Of a stretch of DNA of 64,000 nucleotides, positions 47,144-57,809 are shown piece by piece (positions within the stretch are counted from its first letter, which is position 1; each line of letters begins with the position of its first letter). Origin of the DNA: Octopus sinensis. Taxonomy: Eukaryota. Where the stretch lies: the NCBI RefSeq assembly GCF_006345805.1, contig NC_043007.1:53320001-53384000 (forward strand). The letters run 5' to 3'. The translations under genes and the position numbers were made by a program. The notes below the pieces were generated by a model. It was not told where the DNA came from and made no database searches. It saw only the letters and a list, made by a program, of their open reading frames with translations.

Positions 47144-48802
47144 TTGGTTTGTAAAACCAACGCATTCATAAACCGGATAAGATGGCTCGTTTTCTTCCAC
47201 GAGAACGAAGATCTAAAATCGAACCGGACAACAGCATCGTCCGAATACGGCCGGCTTTTTAAAACATTGGATACGCCGCCACCTAACCCAAGACTGAAGA
47301 AGTTTGAGGACGACTTGTGGGACATAGTTAGAAAGATTAAGTTCAGGAAGTCACCCAGGAGAAATGCCCACCTCAGTTACCTAGATAAAATTACCAAGGA
47401 CATTAATAGAACGGACGGAGTCCTGGTCCAGTCCGACAAGACCAGGAACACATACAAGCTACCCATTAAGCAGTACCTAGATTTACTCGGTAAAGAGATC
47501 AAGAAAAATTATAGAAAAACCAATTGGAGTACCCAGAGGAAGGTAAACTTGGAAATTAAGGAAATAATATTTAAACACCGATTTCAAATGAGAACTCAGC
47601 CGCTTAGCCCTAAGCAACCCAGATTTATAGTGAAGGACCATAAACCGAACTTCCACACCAACCCAGCGCTAAGACTCATATGCCCTGCTAGCTCTGATAT
47701 CGGGATAATCAGTAAGTACATTTTAGATAAATATATCCCTAGTTTAGTAAACAAGCTGAAGCTCAGCCTCTGGGCCAACTCCTCGCAGGTAGTGAAGTGG
47801 TTCTCTTCCATCCCCAATAAGAACCGTACTAGGTTCATTCAGTTTGATATCGCCAGCTTCTACCCCTCGATTAACCCTAGTGTGCTAAATAAGGCCCTTT
47901 GGCATGCTCACAACAAGGCTGGCCTCACCAGAGAAGAGATAGATATCATTTTAGTTGCCAGGAAATCGTTTATTAAGTTTGATAGTGAGTTGTGGATCCG
48001 TAAAGATACTCCCAATGAATTTGATGTGCCTATGGGTAGTTCGGATAGTGCGCAGATAGCCGATTTGGTCGGAATATATATTCTCTACGAATTGTCCGAC
48101 CAATTCCCGGAGATCGCGGGCGGCCTGTATCGTGACGATTGTCTGTTTTACCTGCAAAACACCACGAACAGAATAGTGCAGAAAAAAGAAAGCAGGTTAG
48201 CTAGGTTTTTTAATAGAATGGGCATGAGTATAGTTTTTGATAATGAACTCACCAAGGCTAATTTCCTAGACGTTACACTTAACCTTAATAGCGACTCATA
48301 CTGCCCTTACCATAAGCCTTCCACTAATTTGAAGTATGTCAGTGTCTTCTCAAATCATGCCAAAACCGTAACAGACAATTTGGTTAAAAACATCTCTCTA
48401 AGATTGTCCGCCAGTGCCGATATTTTTATGCAGAAAGCGGAATTTTATAACGCCCCACTATCCAAGGCCGGTTATAGGCAGAAGGTAATTTATATTGATC
48501 CGGCCCTTCCGATGCCATCATTCGGTCATCAGGATAGGGCCGTCTATAATAACATAAACAATTTAAGTAGGGACGGGAGCGCGGCGGGTGCTGGGGCAGT
48601 CGCTCCCGCATTTAATTTAGCGAACAAGGATAATTATCGGTCCGGGAGATCTCACACTAACCCAAAACCCGTTATTCATCCGAGAATCACCCACCCGAAT
48701 GCGAGAGCTGGCGTCCCGACCCATCACACAGATAGGAATAAGCATATATGGTTTGTAATTCCCTTGGTAAGCAGATTAGAACTAACCTCCCCTCATGTTT
48801 AG
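47144..48802 (+). CDS. PLE reverse transcriptase (N-terminus slightly truncated)
   Basis: Motifs as above; frame is open upstream to IPPKDAFLKEL at the inversion junction. Confidence 0.88.
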   Translation: MVCKTNAFINRIRWLVFFHENEDLKSNRTTASSEYGRLFKTLDTPPPNPRLKKFEDDLWDIVRKIKFRKSPRRNAHLSYLDKITKDINRTDGVLVQSDKTRNTYKLPIKQYLDLLGKEIKKNYRKTNWSTQRKVNLEIKEIIFKHRFQMRTQPLSPKQPRFIVKDHKPNFHTNPALRLICPASSDIGIISKYILDKYIPSLVNKLKLSLWANSSQVVKWFSSIPNKNRTRFIQFDIASFYPSINPSVLNKALWHAHNKAGLTREEIDIILVARKSFIKFDSELWIRKDTPNEFDVPMGSSDSAQIADLVGIYILYELSDQFPEIAGGLYRDDCLFYLQNTTNRIVQKKESRLARFFNRMGMSIVFDNELTKANFLDVTLNLNSDSYCPYHKPSTNLKYVSVFSNHAKTVTDNLVKNISLRLSASADIFMQKAEFYNAPLSKAGYRQKVIYIDPALPMPSFGHQDRAVYNNINNLSRDGSAAGAGAVAPAFNLANKDNYRSGRSHTNPKPVIHPRITHPNARAGVPTHHTDRNKHIWFVIPLVSRLELTSPHV

Positions 48803-49179
48803 ACAAGCCATCGCCAATAACTTCCCCAGAAATTCCAAATATTACTCCACGGTTAACTCGCATAAAGTTAGGATAGCTTTCTCCAACACTAAAAACCTCG
48901 CCCAGATAATCGCCTCCCATAATAATAGGCTACTTACTAAGACCCTATCACCTTTTTCCGGAGGCACAGCCTCTTCCGCTCCCGGTTTAATGCTCAGTAG
49001 GAATAATTATAGTAGTAATATGATATGAGAGCCAGTACAGTGACACATAATCTCTCAGCTCCAGCCAGGGAGTACACACTAGGGGTATAGTTATAAATAG
49101 GGGTGCTGTGGTTGACGGTAACAATGGGAGTAGGGTGTAGAGCCCCAATAGCAACCCCAGCATCATTTCGCACAGCACC

Positions 49180-49743
49180 ATGGGCACTAGCAATGACAGC
49201 ACTCTGATAGATAGTGGAGAATCAGGGGTTATTCCGTTAGTTAATAGTGACGTAGTGGAAAATAAAGTAGTAAGCGGCTGCAGTTCTCGTAACAAATATA
49301 GTGACAGGAACGCAGTTCTAATTTCAGAAACTAATCCTAGCAGAATAAGATTCACGTCGACGAACTCCAAGATCAGAAACGCCGTCTACCAATGCAAGGT
49401 TTACACGGACTCAGATGTCTACACTTATGTAGGGGCCTCATCGTCAAGATTGGCTTTGCGAATCTCCAATCATTACGCAACTTTTCGGGACATGAACAAG
49501 CGCCAGACCACGGGACTCAGCAAGCTAATATGGCGATTGAAGGATACGAACTCAAGCTACAGGCTGGAATGGTCAATTTTGTCGGTGGCCCTCCCATTTG
49601 ATAGGGGCAGAAGGAAGTGCAACCTTTGTGTCTCCGAACTCTTCCATATTTTGTTCGCCAGAGGCCGGATGGTAAACGGACTTTTACAGTCGGCTTTTCG
49701 ATGCCCCCACTGGCGGCGTTACACTTATCTGGCTTTTAAATAG
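49180..49743 (+). CDS. PLE GIY-YIG endonuclease (frameshifted from RT)
   Basis: NAVYQCKV, YTYVGAS, RISNHY, CNLC, RCPH. Confidence 0.82.
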   Translation: MGTSNDSTLIDSGESGVIPLVNSDVVENKVVSGCSSRNKYSDRNAVLISETNPSRIRFTSTNSKIRNAVYQCKVYTDSDVYTYVGASSSRLALRISNHYATFRDMNKRQTTGLSKLIWRLKDTNSSYRLEWSILSVALPFDRGRRKCNLCVSELFHILFARGRMVNGLLQSAFRCPHWRRYTYLAFK

Positions 49744-50361
49744 CGTTTATAAATAATACCTGCACCCATAGCCCTTGGTAACAAATTCTGAAATAGCCTT
49801 TAAGATAATTACGATTAACCACTGCAAGGGGAATTACTCCTGTAAGATAAACGAGGCTTTGTTTTTTGACGACGGGGGGTTTCCTTGACAAGGCAGGTTC
49901 AGACGAACACACGCACACATAAAACATAATATATTTTTTTCTCGCCACCCAACGGTTCTACTGCAGTAGCCATTGTGTAGAGCGGCTTAACCACTGACAG
50001 CCGAGCGATCAAACGCACACACGTACACAAAAAATGTTTTCTACCCCTTGACGGAGGTCTTGCCAACCTGCGCCAGCACACATATATAGAACAGTAAACA
50101 CACACATGTCTCTAAGTAGATTTTTTCTCGCCCCTTATAAAACATCCAATATTCCTTAAATAGTCAGAACTTTATTCTCGGTCACAAAGAACATCTACAC
50201 ACCCTCACCCACAGGAATGACCGCTGCCTGACCCGTTAAAATCTTCAACCACCGGTTCTCAACATACACTGATAAACAGTTTTGCCATGGGCTCTTAGGA
50301 GCCTAGTTCGATTGTTTTGCTCCGCCTCTGTTCTTTTTTGTTTTTTCCAACGGATTTCCTA

Positions 50362-50450
50362 TTTCTTCCTGAAGAGAAAGACACAATATGGTCTCATTAT
50401 TCAATCGGATTTTGGTAAATTGTGCCTTTCGAAACACGTGTAGAATGAAA
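50362..50450 (+). ncRNA. Type I hammerhead ribozyme with extended stem II
   Basis: TTTCTTC | CTGAAGA (50369-50375) | GAAAGaCACAAT...ATTGTGcCTTTC | GAA | ACACGTGT palindromic stem III | A (cut after 50442) | GAATGAAA. Confidence 0.85.
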
Positions 50451-50516
50451 TAAAACGATTTCTGTTCAATCTTCGTTCAGCTCCATTTCTTCAATTCACC
50501 AATAATATTTTATATA

Positions 50517-50592
<76 letters not shown>

Positions 50593-50730
50593 GTGTGTGT
50601 GTATATGCATGTGTGTAGATGCCTGTATACCTCCGTGTGGATGTATGCATGTAATAGGGTGTGCGTACGGATGTATATGTATGTGTATGTAGATGTGTGT
50701 GTACGTATATGTATGGGTATATGTGTATAC

Positions 50731-50769
<39 letters not shown>

Positions 50770-50774
<5 letters not shown>

Positions 50775-51245
50775 GTGTGTATATAGGTGTATGTGTATAT
50801 ATATATATATGTGTATGTATATGTATGTGTATATATATGTATATGTATATATATATGTGTATGTGGTTTTGTGTGTACATAGTTATGTGTACGTTTATGT
50901 GAAAGTCGGTACACTTATGTATGTATGAATATAACACGTGCGTTTGTGTATGTGTATGAGTGTGCATGTGTGTGTGTGTGTGTGCGTGTGTGAGTGTTTG
51001 TGTTCGTATCAGTGGAAAAAAGATAGAAAGGAAGGGAGAAGGGCAATAAATGGTGTCTTTAGGCCGACCAGGCTTGCTCCCTTGGGAGAGCTGGCCTGGT
51101 GAGTCGAAGTCAAAATAAAAATAAAGATAAAGATAAAATTAAAATTAGGGAAGAAACGTGTGTGTATGTGTGTGCATGTATATGCATACGTATGTGTATG
51201 TATATATGTATGTATGTGTATATATATATATATGTGTGTGTATAT

Positions 51246-51276
<31 letters not shown>

Positions 51277-51339
51277 AGTGTGGGTATGTATGTGTGTATG
51301 TATGTGTATGTATATATATGTGTATGCATATATGTATGC

Positions 51340-51390
<51 letters not shown>

Positions 51391-51907
51391 TATGTGAGCG
51401 TGTGAGTATGGGGGTGTATATCCTCCTTTATATTTGTTTTTGTGTTTATATTTACATTTATATTTTCTTATATATGTGTGTAGAGATATGAGTGTACGTA
51501 GATGTATGTAAATGGGTGCATATGTACATGTGTATATGGATGTATGTGTGCGTATATATGTATATGTATATATATATATGTATATATATATATATGTATA
51601 TATATATATGTATATATATATATATGTATGTGTGTGTGTATGTGTATATATATACATGTGTGTGTGTATGTGTATATATATATATATATATATAAGTGAG
51701 AGTCTCCTTATTTACCTAAAACTCTATTATTCTATTTATTCTTTTATCTACTTTATCACTGATTCCTTTGACCACTCCCCTAAGAATGATAGTTTGCGCC
51801 ATGTCTACCCCCAAAAAGTCCCCCACCACCACTCCTTTAAACCAATTGGCTTCCTGATGATTTCATTTGAATGAAACAGTTCTAGTCCTGTAGAAGCTCC
51901 TTCTATA

Positions 51908-51908
<1 letters not shown>
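50770..51908 (+). repeat. Composite PLE-tail/microsatellite unit; inverted relative of 35956-36910 plus 41545-41683
   Basis: Ordered reverse-complement match of unique blocks (GACCAGGCTTGCTCCCTTGGGAGAGC, GAGTCTCCTTATTTACCTAAAAC, GAAAGTCGGTACACTTATG) with scattered differences and one ~37-bp indel. Confidence 0.85.
51849..51897 (+). ncRNA. Type I hammerhead ribozyme (weak stem II)
   Basis: GCTTC | CTGATGA | tTTC-attt-GAAt | GAA | ACAG..CTGT | A (cut after 51892) | GAAGC. Confidence 0.75.
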
Positions 51909-51941
<33 letters not shown>

Positions 51942-52067
51942 TTACATATATATATTAAATTAGAGATAAAACCACTTTTAGGCAAATCAAACAGTGAAAA
52001 TCATAAACCAATACATTGAAATAAAACTAATCAATAAAAAACTAATTAATAAAAAATGGCGCTAGGA

Positions 52068-52200
52068 AGGGCATCCAGCCGTAGAAACACTGCCAGATCT
52101 GACTGGGCCTGATGAAGCCTTCCAGCTTCACAGACCCCAGTTGAACCGTCCAACCCATGCTAGCAGGGAGAATGGACGCTAAATGATGATGATGATGATA
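52068..52200 (+). repeat. RTE-type LINE 3' tail ending in (GAT)n
   Basis: AGGAAGGGCATCCAGCCGTAGAAAC...GGACGCTAAATGATGATGATGAT. Confidence 0.75.
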
Positions 52201-52250
52201 TAAAATGTATCTTATAATAGAGTTAAGTTTATATTTTATAATATATAATA

Positions 52251-52405
52251 TAGCGGTTCGGCAAAAGAGACCGATAGAATAAGTACTGGGCTTACAAAAG
52301 AATAAGTCCCGGGGTCGAGTTGCTCGATTAAAGGCGGTGCTCCAGCATGGCCGCAGTCAAATGACTGAAACAAGTAAAAGAGTAAAAGAGTAAGAGTAAA
52401 GAGAG
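52251..52405 (+). repeat. SINE 3' fragment
   Basis: Near-identical to 54570-54712. Confidence 0.85.
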
Positions 52406-52763
52406 AGTATATATATCTTATATATATCTTATATTTTATGATATATAATATATATATATCTATGTTATAATAGAGTTGTTTATTTTTTATGATATATAAT
52501 ATATATACATTTATCTTGTAATAGAGTTAAGTTTATATTTTATGATATATAATATATATACATTTAACTTGTAATAGAGTTAAGTTTATACTTTATGATA
52601 TATAATATATATATATTTATCTTATAATAGGGTTAAGTTTTTATTTTATGATATATCATACATATATATTTATCTTATAATAGAGTTAAGTTTATATTTT
52701 ATGATATATAATATATATATATATTTATCTTATTATAGAGTTAAGTTTATATTTTATGATATA

Positions 52764-53069
52764 CTAGCATTAAAGACCCGTCGTTGCCAGGTCATAGTGC
52801 TAGTGCATATATATATGTGTACGTATTACATGTACATCTATATATATACATCTACACATAAAATACAAAATACAAAGTTATATCTTGATATCGCTAGTGA
52901 TAACAATATTCAAAATATATAACAGACAGGAATTGTTAGCCCGTCTCTTGTAATTTCGATCAATTGTATCTTGTCCTCCCTCTTGTATAGAAGTGTGGCT
53001 ACAATCCAGCCTACCTCTACTTCTGGGGCGGAAGGGGGGCATTTTTAATTTTTATCCAGGACGATGAGA
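52764..53069 (-). mobile_element. Non-autonomous Helitron (second family, 306 bp)
   Basis: Minus strand A|TC...GACC-TGGCAACGACG-GGTC hairpin...CTAG|T; body matches 60150-60350 in opposite orientation. Confidence 0.8.
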
Positions 53070-53287
53070 TAAATATATATATATTATATATCATAAAACA
53101 TAAACAACTCTATTATGAGATAAATATTTAAATATATTATATATCATATTCTAATTTGAAATAAGTATTTACATATATATTATATTATAAATATATATAT
53201 ATTATATATCATCAAATATAAACTTTACACTATTATGGGACAAATATGTATATATTATATTTCATACACAACTCTATTCTGAGATAA

Positions 53288-53339
<52 letters not shown>

Positions 53340-54268
53340 TTATCATATATCATAAAATATTGACTTAACTATATTATAAGATAAATATATATATTATATA
53401 TGATAACATATAAACTAAACTCTATGATGAGAAAAATATATATTATAAAATATAAACCTAACTCTATTATGAGATAAATATCTATATATTATATAACAAA
53501 AAATATAAACTCTTTTAAAAGATAAATATAATATATTATAGATCAAAAATATAAACAACTCTATTATAAGATAAAGATATATTATATATCATAAAATATT
53601 AACTTAACTCTATTATAAGATAAACATATATATATATATTTATCTAATATATTTTATGATATATAATATATATATATATTTATCTCATCATAGAGTTAAA
53701 TTTGTATTTTATTATATATAATATTTTTATATTAATCTCATAATAGAGTTAAGTTTATATTTTTTGATATATGATATATATATATTTATGTCAGAATAGT
53801 GTTAAGTTTATATTTTATGATATACAATATATATATAGAGTTGTGTATGATATATAATATATATATATTTATCATAAAAGAGTTAAGTTTATATTTTATC
53901 ATATATAGTATATATCGATTTATCTTATAATAGAGTTAAGTTTATATTATATGATATATAATATATATATATTTATTCCATAATAGTGTATGATATATAA
54001 TATATACATATTTATCTCCTAAAATTTTATGTATATATATTTATCTTATAGTAGATTTGCTTATATTTTATACCATAAAATATAGACAACTCTATTATGA
54101 GATAAATACATATATATTATATATGATTAAATATAAACTTAACTCTATTATGTGATAAATATATATATATTATATATCAAAAAATATAAACTCAAATCTA
54201 ATATAGAATAATTATATATCATAAAATATAAACTTAACTCTATTGTCAGATAAATATGTATATATTTA

Positions 54269-54439
54269 GGCGCAGGAGTGGCTGTGTGGTAAGTAGCTTG
54301 TTTACCAACCACATGGTTCCGGGTTCAGTCCCACTGCGTGGCACCATGGGCAAGTGTCTTCTACTATAGCCTCGGGCCGACCAAGCCTTGTGAGTGGATT
54401 TGGTAGACGGAAACTGAAAGAAGCCTGTCGTATATATGT

Positions 54440-54491
<52 letters not shown>

Positions 54492-54712
54492 TGTGTGTGT
54501 TTGTGTGTCTGTGTTTTCCCCCTAGCATTGCTTGACAAACGATGCTGGTGTGCTTATGTCCCCGTTACTTAGCAGTCGGCAAAAGAGACCGATAGAATAA
54601 GTACTGGGCTTACAAAAGAATAAGTCCCGGGGACGAGTTGTTCGATTAAAGGCGGTGCTCCAGCATGGCCGCAGTCAAATGACTGAAACAAGTAAAAGAG
54701 TAAAAGAGTAAA
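54269..54712 (+). repeat. Full-length tRNA-derived SINE with internal microsatellite
   Basis: GGCGCAGGAGTGGCTGTGTGGTAAG (A box), GGTTCAGTCCC (B box), internal (TA)n(TG)n, tail (GTAAAAGA)n. Confidence 0.9.
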
Positions 54713-55324
54713 GATATTATATATCATACACAACTCTATTATGGGATAAGTATATATATATATATATATTATATTATAAATATATATATAATATATCATA
54801 AAATAGAAACTTAACACTATTATGAGATAAATATGTATATATTATATATCATACACAACTCTATTCTGAGATATATATATATATATATTATTTATCAAAA
54901 AATATAAACAACTATATTATAAGATAAATATATATATATATTATATATAATAACATATAAACTTAACTCTATTATAAGATAAACATATATATTTATCTCA
55001 TCATAGAGTTAAATTTGTATTTTATTATATATAATATATATATATTAATCTCAGAGTTAAGTTTATATTTTATGATATATACTATATATATATATCTTAT
55101 AATAGAGTTTATATTTTTTTGATATATAATATATATATATTTATCTCATAATAGAGTTGTGTATGATATATAATATATACATAATTATCTTATAATAGTG
55201 TTAAGTTTATATTTTATGATATATAATATATATATATTTATCTTATAATAGAGTTAAGTTTATATTTTATCATATATAATTTCTAAATATCTCATAGAGA
55301 TATGTACGATGGTGGGGCGATAGA

Positions 55325-55448
55325 ACGCTTCCTGATGGCTTCGACACATTTTTTCCCCTGTGTTCTTATATATTTACGATGGGAAGACAAACACCGCCTG
55401 CAGCAAGGACACAGATAAAAAAAATGTGTCAAAGCCATCCGGAAGCGT
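55325..55448. other. Imperfect ~43-bp-arm fold-back in a GC-richer island
   Basis: ACGCTTCCtGATGGCTTcGACACATTTTTT..TGTGTTCTT pairs with AAGGACACA..AAAAAATGTGTCaAAGCCATCcGGAAGCGT. Confidence 0.8.
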
Positions 55449-57809
55449 CGATGCTAAACAGCGGTGGTGTAATCCCCTACTGTCACGTTCACGTTTGATT
55501 GACAGTATACAACCATTCTATATATGTATTATATATCATAAAATATAAACTTAACACTATTATAAGATAAATATATATATATTATATTTGATATATAAAC
55601 TTAACGCTATTATAAGATTAATATATATATATTATATATCATAAAATATAAACTTAACTATATTATAAGATAAATATATATATAATATATATGGTAAAAT
55701 ATAAACCTAAATCTATATTTATACATTATATTACAAAAGATATAAACTTAACTATATTATAAGATAAATATATATATATATTATTTATCATAAAATATAA
55801 ACTTAACTCTATGCTGAGATAAATATATATATATTATATATAAAAAAATATAAACTTCACACCATTATGAGATAAATATGTGTATAATATATATCATACA
55901 CAACTCTATTATGAGATAAATATATATATATTATATATGATAAAATATGAACATAACTCTATTATGAGATAAATATATTTATATTATATCTCAAAATATA
56001 TAAACTTATCTCTATTATGAGATAAATATATATATATAGAGAGGCAAATTTATATTTTATGAGATATAAGATAAATATATTTATCTCATAATAGAGTTAT
56101 GTTCATATTTTATCATATGATGAGATAAATATATATATATTATATATCAAAAAATATAAACTTCACACTATTATGAGATAAATATGTTTATATTATATAT
56201 CATACACAACTCTAATATGAGATAAATATATATATATTATATAAGATAAAATATGAACATAACTCTATTATGAGATAAATATATTTATATTATATCTCAT
56301 AAAATATAAACTTACCTCTATTATTTGATATATGTATATTATATATATATAGTTCCGGTTCTCGCAGAGAAAGACGTGTTTTGCCTTTGCTCTGTGAAAA
56401 AAACAGAAAAGTTTTGCATAATCGGCGAATAATCTACTGAAAGTAACAAAACGTAAACTTTTAACTCATAAAGTCTACTACAACACATTGGTTAAAAATT
56501 ATTAATCAAAAACGTAATATATTTTGCCTGAAGCCAAATGTAATACAGTAATTTCATTTCGCCGAAAACGCACATGGTTGGCAACTCATTAAATTTAATT
56601 ATCTCCTGTAAGAAAGAAAAAGAACATCTTTCCTGTGAAGGAAAATAATTCCGTAAAGCACGAAGATTCAGACTGCATCGTTGTGATAAGTATCACTTTC
56701 ATCTTCTATTTCATATTTTATTTATTATTTTATCTCCCTTAACTTAAGCTAGCATCTCCGTTAAAATTTACGAAGCCATCCTTGTTTACATTCGGAGAAT
56801 AACTCCCTTTCAATCTCTGTCTTCGTTTTCATACCTCTATCTTCTTGTAATTAGCTTTAGGATTAAATAACCCCTTCTTTTCCACACTTTAATATATTTT
56901 AATATATTTTCCTCACTTTCTTTTCTTCCACCTTCTCTCTCTCTCCGTTTGTGTATATATGTGTGTGTGTGTGTGCACGTGTATGTATATATGTATACGT
57001 ATATATGTATACGTATATATGCATAGACGCGAACTTTAATAATCTTTCCGTCTTTATTTTAGAATCTATTATTTCCTATTTCTCTCTCTCCGCTTGTGTA
57101 TATATGTGTATGTATGTGCACGTGTATATGTATATATGTATGTGCACGTGTATATGTGTATATATATATGCGTATATTTTCAGCTTTCCTGTTAATAATC
57201 TCTCATTTTTCTTAATCTTTCATTTTTATCTCAGTTTCGTAACCCCCTCTCTTTCCTCTCTTTAATAATCTTTCATTTTCTTAATCCTTCATTTTTATTG
57301 CAGCTTCGTAACCCCCTCTCTTTCTTCTCTTTCTCCCTCTGTCTCTTTACTTCTCTCTATCACACCATCTCTCTTCTTTCAGCCGTTCAATCTTTACTTG
57401 TCTCTTCACTTCTTCACTTCTCTCTGTCACAATCTTTCCTCTCTCACCTTCTCAACTTCTCTAAATATATAGCCGCACAGCTCTCAATCTCTCTAAATAC
57501 ACAGTCACTTTCCTTCTCACTTTCTTTCTCTATTTCTTCTCCACCCTCCATCACACTATTAAATTTTAAGTATAATTAGGTAGATAAATAAATATAATTA
57601 GATAGATAAATTAGATATAATAGGTAGATATAATTAGATAGATAAATAAATATAATTAGACAGATATAAATAGGTAGATAAATAAATAAAATATCTTCTT
57701 ATCTTTTCTCAGCTCTCAATCTCTCTAAATACACAGTCACTTTCTTTCTCTACTTCTTCTCTGCCCTCTGTCACACTATTGAATTTTGAACATAATTAGA
57801 TAGATAAAT

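Larger units (their letters stand above)
47037..50512 (+). mobile_element. Penelope-like element, Naiad-like RT plus C-terminal GIY-YIG, with inverted 5' pLTR fragment
   Basis: RT ORF 47144-48802 (KDHKPNF, RLICP, FIQFDIASFYPSI, FDVPMGS, GLYRDD); linker 48795-49028; EN 49180-49743 (VYQCKV..YVG..RISNH..LSKLIW..CNLC); 47037-47114 is the reverse complement of 50439-50512. Clade name is from motif recollection. Confidence 0.88.
52200..56340. repeat. AT-rich ~45-50-bp minisatellite array with repeated orientation switches
   Basis: Unit TATCTTATAATAGAGTTAAGTTTATATTTTATGATATATAATATAT and its reverse complement alternate in blocks. Confidence 0.9.

Noticed and set aside
48795-49180. Stops in the Naiad-like element as possible selenocysteine codons
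   Set aside because: The TGA, TAA and TAG codons fall in different frames within low-complexity sequence, not at Cys motifs; ordinary decay is more likely.
36020-51874. Many 60-250 aa ORFs rich in Y/I/M/C/V or H/T/Y
   Set aside because: Translations of (TA)n, (TG)n and (CA)n microsatellites, which lack stop codons in several frames; no coding signal.
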